Notes under the pieces: model-generated
Databases searched by the model: none
Seen by the model: the letters and a program-made list of their open reading frames with translations, nothing else
What the model was told of the DNA's origin: nothing
Shown: in pieces, positions 20,765 to 28,935 of the stretch
How the letters are laid out: each line of letters opens with the position of its first letter
How positions within the stretch are numbered: the stretch's first letter is position 1
Position numbers and translations under genes: made by a program
Assembly: GCA_041746575.1 (NCBI GenBank)
Contig: JBGTGT010000061.1
Span: 1-53,868, forward strand
Source: Microcystaceae cyanobacterium
GTDB lineage: Bacteria > Cyanobacteriota > Cyanobacteriia > Cyanobacteriales > Microcystaceae
Direction of reading: 5' to 3'
Length of the DNA stretch: 53,868 nt

Positions 20765-20867
20765 GATATTTTAGTTAATAGTTAAGGGTTGATGCTTGAT
20801 AACGTCGCAAGTCGAACCATTGCCTCTTGCCTCGTCTTACCTGTAATTAATTCATATCAAACGTAAT

Positions 20868-21614
20868 TTATGATTTTTCAACTTTTAAGACGAATAAATC
20901 GCCATATTGCCTAACTTCTCCGGTTAGAGTGACAGTATTCGCAATAAGCGGTAAAATACGCTCATTGATTGCCTTTTCTTCTTGATCGACTAACATCAAA
21001 TACAAAGAATCTTCTTCTGCATTCATGACTCGCAAAGCAGGGGGAATTCCGCCACTAATACAACGAATAGCACAGTCTCGATGAGTAACTGAGTGTCCTG
21101 GTTTCATAACCCCTAAATAACATTTAGGATCAATAATTTCACCCGTTAGTGTGAAAATTCCCCAAGATTTCCCTTGAGTAGGAGCAGGAAGGGGTTGGGC
21201 GGGAGGTTCAATGATTTGAGGTGCCGTTTTGGAACTGACGGCTAAAAGGGTCATATTGTCTCTAAAGACAGGAATTGCTTTTAGTTTAACCCATTTCCCC
21301 GATAATGCTAATACGTCTGGACTAACACCGAATTTACGGGTAGTGGCGAGAATATAGCGGGAATAGGGGTCATGATTGGCGAGATTACCCGAACGAGGAA
21401 CTAATAACTGGGGAATGGGTTTATCTACGAGTAATCCCTCAAAATCTTGAGATGGAGTGTAATTGCCAGTCGAAAATTGATTGTGAACAAAGGGGAGAAT
21501 AATTCCGAGTAAAATAGCGATTGTGACGATAAGAGGAATCATAATCTGGAGAAATCGCTTAATTTTCGGTGGAATTTGTTTGAGATACCCGATATAAAAT
21601 TCATCTGTTTGCAT
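20868..21614 (-). CDS. membrane-anchored hypothetical protein with Cys/His motif
   Basis: DEFYIGY, one TM helix, and GEIIDPKCYLGVMKPG...HRDCAIRCISGGIPP. Start at ATG 21614. Confidence 0.8.
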   Translation of the reverse strand: MQTDEFYIGYLKQIPPKIKRFLQIMIPLIVTIAILLGIILPFVHNQFSTGNYTPSQDFEGLLVDKPIPQLLVPRSGNLANHDPYSRYILATTRKFGVSPDVLALSGKWVKLKAIPVFRDNMTLLAVSSKTAPQIIEPPAQPLPAPTQGKSWGIFTLTGEIIDPKCYLGVMKPGHSVTHRDCAIRCISGGIPPALRVMNAEEDSLYLMLVDQEEKAINERILPLIANTVTLTGEVRQYGDLFVLKVEKS

Positions 21615-21678
21615 TTTGTGTGACCTCAATTGTTGAAATTTTAGGAAATGACGTTTCATGAAACGTTTCTGTTATCTT

Positions 21679-22719
21679 TTAAATATTCACTAACCTTGCC
21701 GGTTCGACATACGTTCCGGGACGATTCGGAATTGCTTTGACGAAAATTCGATTACCTTTTAGCTTTACATCAAAAGTTGGTACTTTTTCCAAGAAAGGAG
21801 GCGGACAAGCTCCTGATTCGGGTAAATATTGATATCCATGCCAAGGACAAGTAATGCAACCATCCACAATTTTGCCTTCTCCTAGCGGTCCATTTTGATG
21901 CTGACATACATTAGAAACCGCAGAGATTTTGCCATCATATTTGAAAATTGCGACTCTTTCTCCAGAAATATTGGCAATCTTGGCTCGATTTTCGGCAATC
22001 TCTTCAACGCTTCCAACTTCAACATAACCTTCCGTATTAGGAGCCAAAGGATGACTATCTTTACGATATTCTCTGATTCCGGCAATAAGATGAAGACTAA
22101 CTATCCAAATTAATCCTAGTCCCACAACAATGGTCATAAAAGGGTGCTTATTCGTTTGCAATGCACCTAAGACGACATGACCCACCAATAAAGCATAAGC
22201 CAGATAAACGCACATATGCAAGGCTTTCCAGATGGGTGCCGTCAAATTCACCAGCCAAAAATCATGACTGGTGGCCGCTAGTAAAAACAGGATACACAAG
22301 GCTAAAAAGCCAAGAATTTCAAAAGGAAAACGAAAAAATGAGAAAAATGCTAAATTACTGACAAAAAGGCTCACATAAGGATTCAGATTGCCTGAGTCAT
22401 GATACCAATCAATAGCTAAATAAGCATGGTACAGAGACAGACAAAACAGGGTGACACCCATGTGTCGGCGATTATAAAGAAGGGGAAGAAAACGAGGATC
22501 AAGACGACTGAGAGGACCGATTGAGAGAATGACATGGAGTAAAATGAAGGCGGCAGAACCAAATGCTCGAATTTCTACGCCATTTATTTCAACATCGGGG
22601 TCAATCCCTTGAGAAATCGTCTTAAATAACATGAGATACAAGACGACAGCGGTGAGTAAAATGGCATCGTAGATGTATTTTTGACGACTCCATGAAACGG
22701 GTTGATAGGTGACACTCAT
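21679..22719 (-). CDS. ferric reductase-like (MsrQ/YedZ-type) TM domain fused to Rieske 2Fe-2S
   Basis: RRHMGV..H, TSHD..W..LH..VY and six TM helices; Rieske motif CQHQNGPL..CPWHG. Confidence 0.88.
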   Translation of the reverse strand: MSVTYQPVSWSRQKYIYDAILLTAVVLYLMLFKTISQGIDPDVEINGVEIRAFGSAAFILLHVILSIGPLSRLDPRFLPLLYNRRHMGVTLFCLSLYHAYLAIDWYHDSGNLNPYVSLFVSNLAFFSFFRFPFEILGFLALCILFLLAATSHDFWLVNLTAPIWKALHMCVYLAYALLVGHVVLGALQTNKHPFMTIVVGLGLIWIVSLHLIAGIREYRKDSHPLAPNTEGYVEVGSVEEIAENRAKIANISGERVAIFKYDGKISAVSNVCQHQNGPLGEGKIVDGCITCPWHGYQYLPESGACPPPFLEKVPTFDVKLKGNRIFVKAIPNRPGTYVEPARLVNI

Positions 22720-22786
22720 AATTGATGATAGCCATACACTTAACATCTGGCTACATTATCTCTGCGATCGTCTAATTCTTGGATAA

Positions 22787-22814
22787 AGATAGCGATGTTA
22801 AGGGAGAACTTAAG
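22787..22814 (-). promoter_or_regulatory. 28-bp shared promoter motif, copy 1
   Basis: + strand AGATAG cgat GTTAAG GGAGAA CTTAAG, 68 bp upstream of ATG 22719. Confidence 0.75.
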
Positions 22815-22925
22815 CGTCTAAAATCTTTGTTATCTCAATTGTTCTAATTCTTAACGAAGAATGTTAGTTTCTCTAAAAAAATGGGCATACTAAAAGTATA
22901 ATAAACACCAAGGTAAAGTGAGAAG

Positions 22926-23629
22926 ATAACTGATGCAAACTCACAGACATTACAACTGGAAGCATGGAAGACGAAATTGATGAAGTCAAAAACTCCGCCA
23001 CGGAAATTGTTACCAAACTCTTTGCTAAAATCCCTGATTCTAGAGTTTCAATTATAGATTATCAAGATCGCTACCCTAAAGGATATCCTAATGATTATCC
23101 CTACAATGCAGTGCTTCCCTTTTCTGATAGTATCAACAGTATTACCTCTGCGATTGATAGTTTATCTCTTGGTCATGGCGGTGACTATCCTGAAACCGCT
23201 TACACTGCCTTAATCAATACCCTGCAAGGCAATCAAATTGGCGGTTGGCGAGAAGAAGCTGCAAAAGCGATTATCCTCTTTACCGATGCCCCACCCCATG
23301 ATCCAGAACCGATTACTGGTTATACTTTAGATGATGTCATTAATGCTAGTAAAAACCCCTTCACCTTTGATAGCAATTTAGCTTTTCCTTCCCTAAGCAA
23401 TACAACGAATCAAGCCGTTCCCATTTATACGATTTTTTTAGAAAATGATGAAGATGCCTTAAACACTTATTCTGAATTATCTAAACAAACGGGAGGAAAA
23501 GTTTATCAATCTACTAATATTGTCGAAAGCTTATATGGGGCTTTAGCTGATATTGAAGAAGATATTTCTAATTCTCCTAATCAATCTGTTTCTGAACCCA
23601 GTAATGTCTTAGGATTAGTTAGTGCTTAA
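22926..23629 (+). pseudogene. internally deleted paralog of the 39024-41181 locus (VWA domain, truncated PEP-CTERM)
   Basis: The promoter and first codons match 38958-39049 (ATG changed to ATA), then join directly to TTGSMEDEIDEVK of the VWA domain. Ends VSEPSNVLGLVSA* without a full TM helix. Confidence 0.8.
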
Positions 23630-24132
23630 AAAGATTGAAATAGCATTGTTCCTTCGATCATTTTATAACCTTGACTAAAGATAATAAGTTGTCCTTTTTG
23701 ACCGCTTGCTTGAGACGGTAAGATAAAACTGCGGCGGGATGTCCCTGCTAAAGAACCGAGTAAAATGGCGTCTTCGCTTAATTGAGTCGGTTTTTCAGTT
23801 CCTGCTTGCCAATAAAGTAAAGGGTCAGGAATTTTAAGTGTTTTTGTCGGTTCAACTTCTAAAATGATGAATTTTGTCCCCCTAGTAAGAGTAGTGAAAG
23901 TGTTAACCATTAGTTGAATTTTGCCATCATTGAGTTGAGTCGAATCAATTTGAGTGTTTGCGTTTTTTTCAACCGCAGAAGATACACCAGAAATCGTGAA
24001 AAGGGGTTGAACCGATTCATTGACAATGCCATAACTCGGACGAAAAATAACACCAATGAAAAAGAGCAACGGTACAAGACACGCTAAGGCAATAGAACTC
24101 AAAAAGTGAGCTTTTCTTTGAGATAGAATCAT
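23626..24132 (-). CDS. hypothetical protein, N-terminal TM
   Basis: MILSQRKAH followed by a TM helix; PDPLLYW and A.LLG.L motifs; RBS GGAGG. Confidence 0.75.
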   Translation of the reverse strand: MILSQRKAHFLSSIALACLVPLLFFIGVIFRPSYGIVNESVQPLFTISGVSSAVEKNANTQIDSTQLNDGKIQLMVNTFTTLTRGTKFIILEVEPTKTLKIPDPLLYWQAGTEKPTQLSEDAILLGSLAGTSRRSFILPSQASGQKGQLIIFSQGYKMIEGTMLFQSF

Positions 24133-24143
24133 AAGGATACCTC

Positions 24144-24434
24144 CTAATTTTGTTTAGCAAGTTGACGGTGAGCGTTGCGTTCACTAGGAACCCCTTTTTT
24201 CCGGATTAAACGGAGGCCAAACAAAGGCCAAAAAGCACATAATCCGGGCGTAATTAAACAGCGAAAGATAATTCCATTAATTATTTTCCCAAAACCCCTT
24301 TCCCATTGAGCATAATGATCTAGTTTTTGAATGCCAAATAAGACAAAAGGAATCGTAAAAATGAATCCTGCAATAAAATACAAACGAAATAAATTAGTTA
24401 AAAATTCAGCAATCATAATGGCCGTTTGATTCAT
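24144..24434 (-). CDS. small two-TM membrane protein
   Basis: LY..AGF.F.IPFV..G..K.D, FR.LI.PG..AFWP and P.ERNAHR motifs; RBS AGGAG. Confidence 0.8.
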   Translation of the reverse strand: MNQTAIMIAEFLTNLFRLYFIAGFIFTIPFVLFGIQKLDHYAQWERGFGKIINGIIFRCLITPGLCAFWPLFGLRLIRKKGVPSERNAHRQLAKQN

Positions 24435-24523
24435 GATATTTTCTCCTTTTTTAGGTGAGATACAAGGATTTAAGATTTGAAAAAGATGTTAAGTTTACCT
24501 CCTTTACGTTTAATTGATTGTAA

Positions 24524-25555
24524 TCAACAGATTTGTTGTGTCGAGCGAGCTTTTTGACAATGCCTAGCGAAGTCAATTAACCAGTTAATTAATTGTTGCA
24601 TTATAGGTTGACCTGTCAGTTGTTCTAGGCGAGCAAAACCGCCAATATTACCCACATTAATTTCGCTAATTCGCCAATTTTCTGCTTCATCCATCAAGAA
24701 ATCATAACCGAGTGTGCGTAAGTTTCGGGATTGATAATGAATAATAGTTTGTTCAATGGCTTCTCGTTCTAAGTCGCTAATTTCCGCTAGAAAACACTCA
24801 CCATCGCCACTAATATTGTTAATCCAGTGGCCACTTTTGGAGCGACGAATAAATGCTCCATAAATTTCACCATCAACCACAATAATTCGCTTATCGCCTT
24901 GATGAACTTGGTTAAGATAACGAACAAATTGTAAGGGTTGTTCTGTGTTGCCTTGAAGATAGGGAATAACTTGAGAAAAATGAGCAAAAGTTCGAGTTCC
25001 CATAAAGATATTATTGATCTGAAATTGCGAATCTTCATACCAAATTTTAAAAACACCCCTTCCACCACAACTGTTATATTGTTTAGCGACAATGATTTGA
25101 TGTTTTTCCCAAAAAGCTAATGCCGCTTGCCATTGATCTGTTACTAACATTTCTGGAGTCCATTTACTAGCAACTTTAGCTAAAAAATTAGGTTCAATTT
25201 GTTCTATTTTTCGACTAGGATTATTGACAAATTGAGTAAAATTTTCCCAACGGCTTAATTGGTTCAAGTAACCACTCGGAAAAGGTTTAAGAGTACGACA
25301 AAAAACAAGATCAAACTCTTGAAGGTGACGTAATTCAGTTGCTTGAGCGTTAAGCTTTAAAAATCTATCATGGCTTAAATTCCATTCAAGAGGAGCAACA
25401 ATAATTTTCGTTGATTCCGGCTCTAAAACAGCGTCAGTCGGGAGATGAAAGCAGTTAAGACGACACTCTTTCGCAATTTGTCGATAAAAGATAGAAATAT
25501 CCAGATTAGGATTGGAGTAATCAGAAGGATTAGAAATTAATAGTAAATTTATCAT
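24524..25555 (-). CDS. ATP-grasp ligase, glutathione synthetase-like but divergent
   Basis: FVNNP, VAKQ..SCGGRGVF, GDKRI, LGYDF and ISEINV motifs. Confidence 0.85.
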   Translation of the reverse strand: MINLLLISNPSDYSNPNLDISIFYRQIAKECRLNCFHLPTDAVLEPESTKIIVAPLEWNLSHDRFLKLNAQATELRHLQEFDLVFCRTLKPFPSGYLNQLSRWENFTQFVNNPSRKIEQIEPNFLAKVASKWTPEMLVTDQWQAALAFWEKHQIIVAKQYNSCGGRGVFKIWYEDSQFQINNIFMGTRTFAHFSQVIPYLQGNTEQPLQFVRYLNQVHQGDKRIIVVDGEIYGAFIRRSKSGHWINNISGDGECFLAEISDLEREAIEQTIIHYQSRNLRTLGYDFLMDEAENWRISEINVGNIGGFARLEQLTGQPIMQQLINWLIDFARHCQKARSTQQIC

Positions 25556-25673
25556 AAGCTATAACGTTTTTAAATTAAAGGTTGAAATACGGAAACAGGG
25601 AGCAGGCAACAGTTAAAAGATTAAGGTTAATTTCACTTATGAGAGGTGGATTAGCTGATTAATCTTTCAAATG

Positions 25674-26660
25674 TTAATTAATAGAAACAGTACATTCGGG
25701 TTGAATCATGATTTCTTGTTTCTTACTTTTACCTTTACCTAACCCAGCGATAAAAACACCTACCATTGTTACCACAAAAGCAATCAATTGCGTCTGATTG
25801 GGTCGTTCTCCATTAAGAAGGTAAGCATAGAAAACACCAAAAATCGGGGAGATCGAAGTCCAGCGACTAACGACTGAGGACTCTAATTTATCTAGAGCTG
25901 AATACCAAAGAAATTGCTCTACAACAATCGTAAATAAGGCATAAACTAACATGATAATCCATAGTTTTCCAGAAAAGGCATTCATAAAGTGAGAAAAACC
26001 AAATAAGCTACTAGCAATCACAAAGAAAATAAGAGAAGAAACCAAATTACGATTGAAGACAATGACTCTGACAGTTAAGTCTTTGGAAAGCATTAATTGA
26101 TCCATTAAAGAAGTTATCGCATAGACAAAGCTTGAGGCAATAATTAACAAATCTCCTAGATTTATTTTGTACATATTAGCTTTAAAAACAATGGTAAAAA
26201 TACCAATAACAATTAGAGAAAATCCAAACCATTCTGCTTTTGTAATCTTTCGTCCAAAAACCCAAGATCCAGCGACCGCATACAAAACAGGTCCCAATCT
26301 TCCTAATAAAACTGCATTCGTCACGGTTGTATATTCTAGTCCTAAAAAAATCAAGCCAGAGAGAATAGCAGATAAGCTTCCATTAATAAAAAGTCCTATT
26401 TGAAATTTAGGGCTTAAAATTAGTAAATCTCGAATAATTCCTTTAAAGCCAAATATAAAACCCACTGATAAAGCCGCACAAAAATTTCCGATAAACAAGA
26501 CATTACAAAAGGAAATAGGATTTGCTACGTTGCCCCCTAATCGCGTTCTATTAGCGACTAAAAAAGAGATTAAAGACGGTCGAAGCGAAGCGATCGCTCT
26601 TGAGGCAATTAACTGGAATCGAGGGTTAATATTAGGAAAGGAAGCTGTCATTTCGTTCAT
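25674..26660 (-). CDS. DMT/EamA family transporter
   Basis: About 10 TM helices; LEYTTVTNAVLL, GDLL and P.FG...AYLLNGE motifs. Confidence 0.88.
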   Translation of the reverse strand: MNEMTASFPNINPRFQLIASRAIASLRPSLISFLVANRTRLGGNVANPISFCNVLFIGNFCAALSVGFIFGFKGIIRDLLILSPKFQIGLFINGSLSAILSGLIFLGLEYTTVTNAVLLGRLGPVLYAVAGSWVFGRKITKAEWFGFSLIVIGIFTIVFKANMYKINLGDLLIIASSFVYAITSLMDQLMLSKDLTVRVIVFNRNLVSSLIFFVIASSLFGFSHFMNAFSGKLWIIMLVYALFTIVVEQFLWYSALDKLESSVVSRWTSISPIFGVFYAYLLNGERPNQTQLIAFVVTMVGVFIAGLGKGKSKKQEIMIQPECTVSIN

Positions 26661-26684
26661 TGTTTTGAAGGAAAATAATTAAGG

Positions 26685-27458
26685 TTACAGGCATGATAGT
26701 TGTTTTGCGAGGGACTGAATTTTGCTATCTAATAAAACGGCTCTCAATCGCCATACCTCGGACGTATAATCAGGATTTCCTAAAATTTGATCTATCCTCG
26801 CTTTCATTAATTGATGGTGACGAAGGGTAGTCATTTTATCTCCTTTAAGTCCTACGAAACGCTGATTAATTTCTTCATCCTGAAGATAGAAGAAAACCCC
26901 TCCATCCGTATATTGAATCGTTTCTTCAAATAGATCAAAAACGCGAGCATTGCCCGTAATTGAGTGACTCGCTTGAGAGCATCCATAAACATGAAGACTG
27001 AGAAAAAAGGTATCTGTTGGATTTCCCATTTGATGAATGAGATCATGATTAACTGCCACAACTTCTTGAGGATTAAACCAACTTTCTGACTGAGTTTGTA
27101 GCACATTTTTCTTGAATTTATAAGTGATATGTCTCGCTTTGCCAAAGGATTGCACTGCCCCCCATTGTGTTGATCCATGATCGTGAATAGCACTAAAATC
27201 ACTGGGTAACCAAGACATGACCATAATTTCAAAAAAGCCGCCCTCATAGACTAATTTTCTACCGTAGCTATGGGTAACAGGATGATCAAAGGTTATCCAA
27301 GGTAATAAATCTTCTTCTTTAATTTGTGCATTGATGACACATTGACGGGCAATTTCAGGGGTCAAATGTTGTCGGTTTTGTAGTGAAAAAATGAGGTTTT
27401 GTAAACGAGTAGGTAAATAAATTGAAGGGGACATTGATACATCAAGGGATGGCATCAT
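26685..27458 (-). CDS. cysteine (thiol) dioxygenase family protein
   Basis: YGR, W.P...SAIHDHG, IHQMGN and SLHVY: 3-His iron site plus the Ser-His-Tyr triad. Confidence 0.88.
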   Translation of the reverse strand: MMPSLDVSMSPSIYLPTRLQNLIFSLQNRQHLTPEIARQCVINAQIKEEDLLPWITFDHPVTHSYGRKLVYEGGFFEIMVMSWLPSDFSAIHDHGSTQWGAVQSFGKARHITYKFKKNVLQTQSESWFNPQEVVAVNHDLIHQMGNPTDTFFLSLHVYGCSQASHSITGNARVFDLFEETIQYTDGGVFFYLQDEEINQRFVGLKGDKMTTLRHHQLMKARIDQILGNPDYTSEVWRLRAVLLDSKIQSLAKQLSCL

Positions 27459-27621
27459 GACAATTTTCTCCTAACGCTGAAAGAGCTAATTTTGAGACTA
27501 GATTCAATTGAACAATTGTTTCCTGAAAATACATCTTGAGTTAGCTGAAAGACTGCTGAGAATTCGTTGAAACACCACTATAGCTAAGAGCGTCTTTGCT
27601 TTTCGGGAATCGGTGATAATT

Positions 27622-28191
27622 TTAAGTAAAATTAGGACGATAAGGGGGAATATCTGGCAAAATTAACTGCATAATCACAACATTGTGCCATTTTCCCTGA
27701 TAAAAGCCGATTTCTTTTTGTATGCCTACAATCTCAAAGCCAAACCGTAGATGAAACTCGATGCTGGTTTGATTAGCGGCTAAAATCTTAGCAACAACGT
27801 GATGATAACCAAATTCTTTGACTTTTTGCAGTAATGCTTGTTGTATTAGCTTGCCGTATCCTTTACCCTTTTCAGATAAGGCGAGATACACGGAGGTTTC
27901 GCAACAGACTCGATACCCCCAGCGATCGCTATACCGTTTAATAATGCCCCATCCTATCACCTGCTGATCCTGTTGTGCGACTAAAATCGTTTCGCGTTGA
28001 TTGAATTTTGCCGTCGTTTTGCGAATATCCTCGGCTGAGTAAAGATGACAATCCATGGTAATGCCACCTTTGAGAATAGACTCATTATAAACAGTGGCGA
28101 TCGCCGGTAAATCGGCTTGATGATAGGGACGAATCCTGAGATGATCGGTATTGTCAGCAGAAAAAGATGGCACAGATAAAGACCTAAACAT
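27622..28191 (-). CDS. GNAT acetyltransferase (phosphinothricin acetyltransferase/YncA-like)
   Basis: DL..I..VYN, ETSVY, GKGYG, N..SI.FH.RFGF..VG and G...GKW motifs. Confidence 0.88.
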   Translation of the reverse strand: MFRSLSVPSFSADNTDHLRIRPYHQADLPAIATVYNESILKGGITMDCHLYSAEDIRKTTAKFNQRETILVAQQDQQVIGWGIIKRYSDRWGYRVCCETSVYLALSEKGKGYGKLIQQALLQKVKEFGYHHVVAKILAANQTSIEFHLRFGFEIVGIQKEIGFYQGKWHNVVIMQLILPDIPPYRPNFT

Positions 28192-28310
28192 CAGTGACTG
28201 ACCCAAATTTTAAGAGAACACAGCAGAAAAGGCAATGAAAGGAGGGGCATGAGGCTTACACTCCTGGTTGTTTAAAATAAACTGATTTTAGAGAATAAAA
28301 ATCAAATTGT

Positions 28311-28790
28311 TTAACTTTTATCTGCTAATCGCACCATTGCTGTTCCAATCGGAATCGGTTGGCTTAATCCTTGTGTCATAGCTGTGACTCGATAGAGGGC
28401 AGTACCTCCCGCACGATCCATAACTACGCCAGATAAGCGAATAGTCAGGTAATTATCGGGTTGAACAGGTTGAGCAAAGGTAATCGTCACGTTATCTTGT
28501 GATATTGCCACATTAGACGCAATTTCTTTACCTGTGCGATCGGTTACGGTTGCCCCTTTTAATTGACTCATCTCATTAGGTGGCGAAATCAAGAGAGATT
28601 CGAGGGGAAACCCTGTGACAGCAACAGTAATAAAGTGTTGGTCTTTAGCGGCACCTATCGTCCCCGAATTGGAGATAAATGGGGCAGTAAAGTACATGGT
28701 CATCTGGGCTTGGGCGGGTAAAGTAACGGTAGGGATCACGACACTGGTAACCATTAAAGCCGAGAGGGTATTGACAATAGACCGTTTCAT
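28311..28790 (-). CDS. secreted DUF2808-like protein
   Basis: Signal peptide ending AQA; ITFAQPVQP..LTIRL..V and LYRVTA..IG.A patterns. Confidence 0.7.
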   Translation of the reverse strand: MKRSIVNTLSALMVTSVVIPTVTLPAQAQMTMYFTAPFISNSGTIGAAKDQHFITVAVTGFPLESLLISPPNEMSQLKGATVTDRTGKEIASNVAISQDNVTITFAQPVQPDNYLTIRLSGVVMDRAGGTALYRVTAMTQGLSQPIPIGTAMVRLADKS

Positions 28791-28864
28791 AGCGGCTCAA
28801 CTCCTTGATATTTATCGGTTTTGCTTAGCTTTATGGTCTCTACTTTAACCTGACTTTGGGGTAA

Positions 28865-28892
28865 AGATAACACTGTTAAGAGAGAACTTAAG
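28865..28892 (-). promoter_or_regulatory. 28-bp shared promoter motif, copy 2
   Basis: + strand AGATAA cact GTTAAG AGAGAA CTTAAG, 75 bp upstream of ATG 28790. Confidence 0.75.
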
Positions 28893-28935
28893 AACACAGA
28901 ATAATAGGTAATATATTAGAAGCATTATAGGAAAC

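Noticed and set aside
24524..25555. ATP-grasp as a microviridin/graspetide RiPP ligase
   Set aside because: No precursor peptide with a TxKYPSD-like core or repeats nearby, and the sequence is GshB-like.
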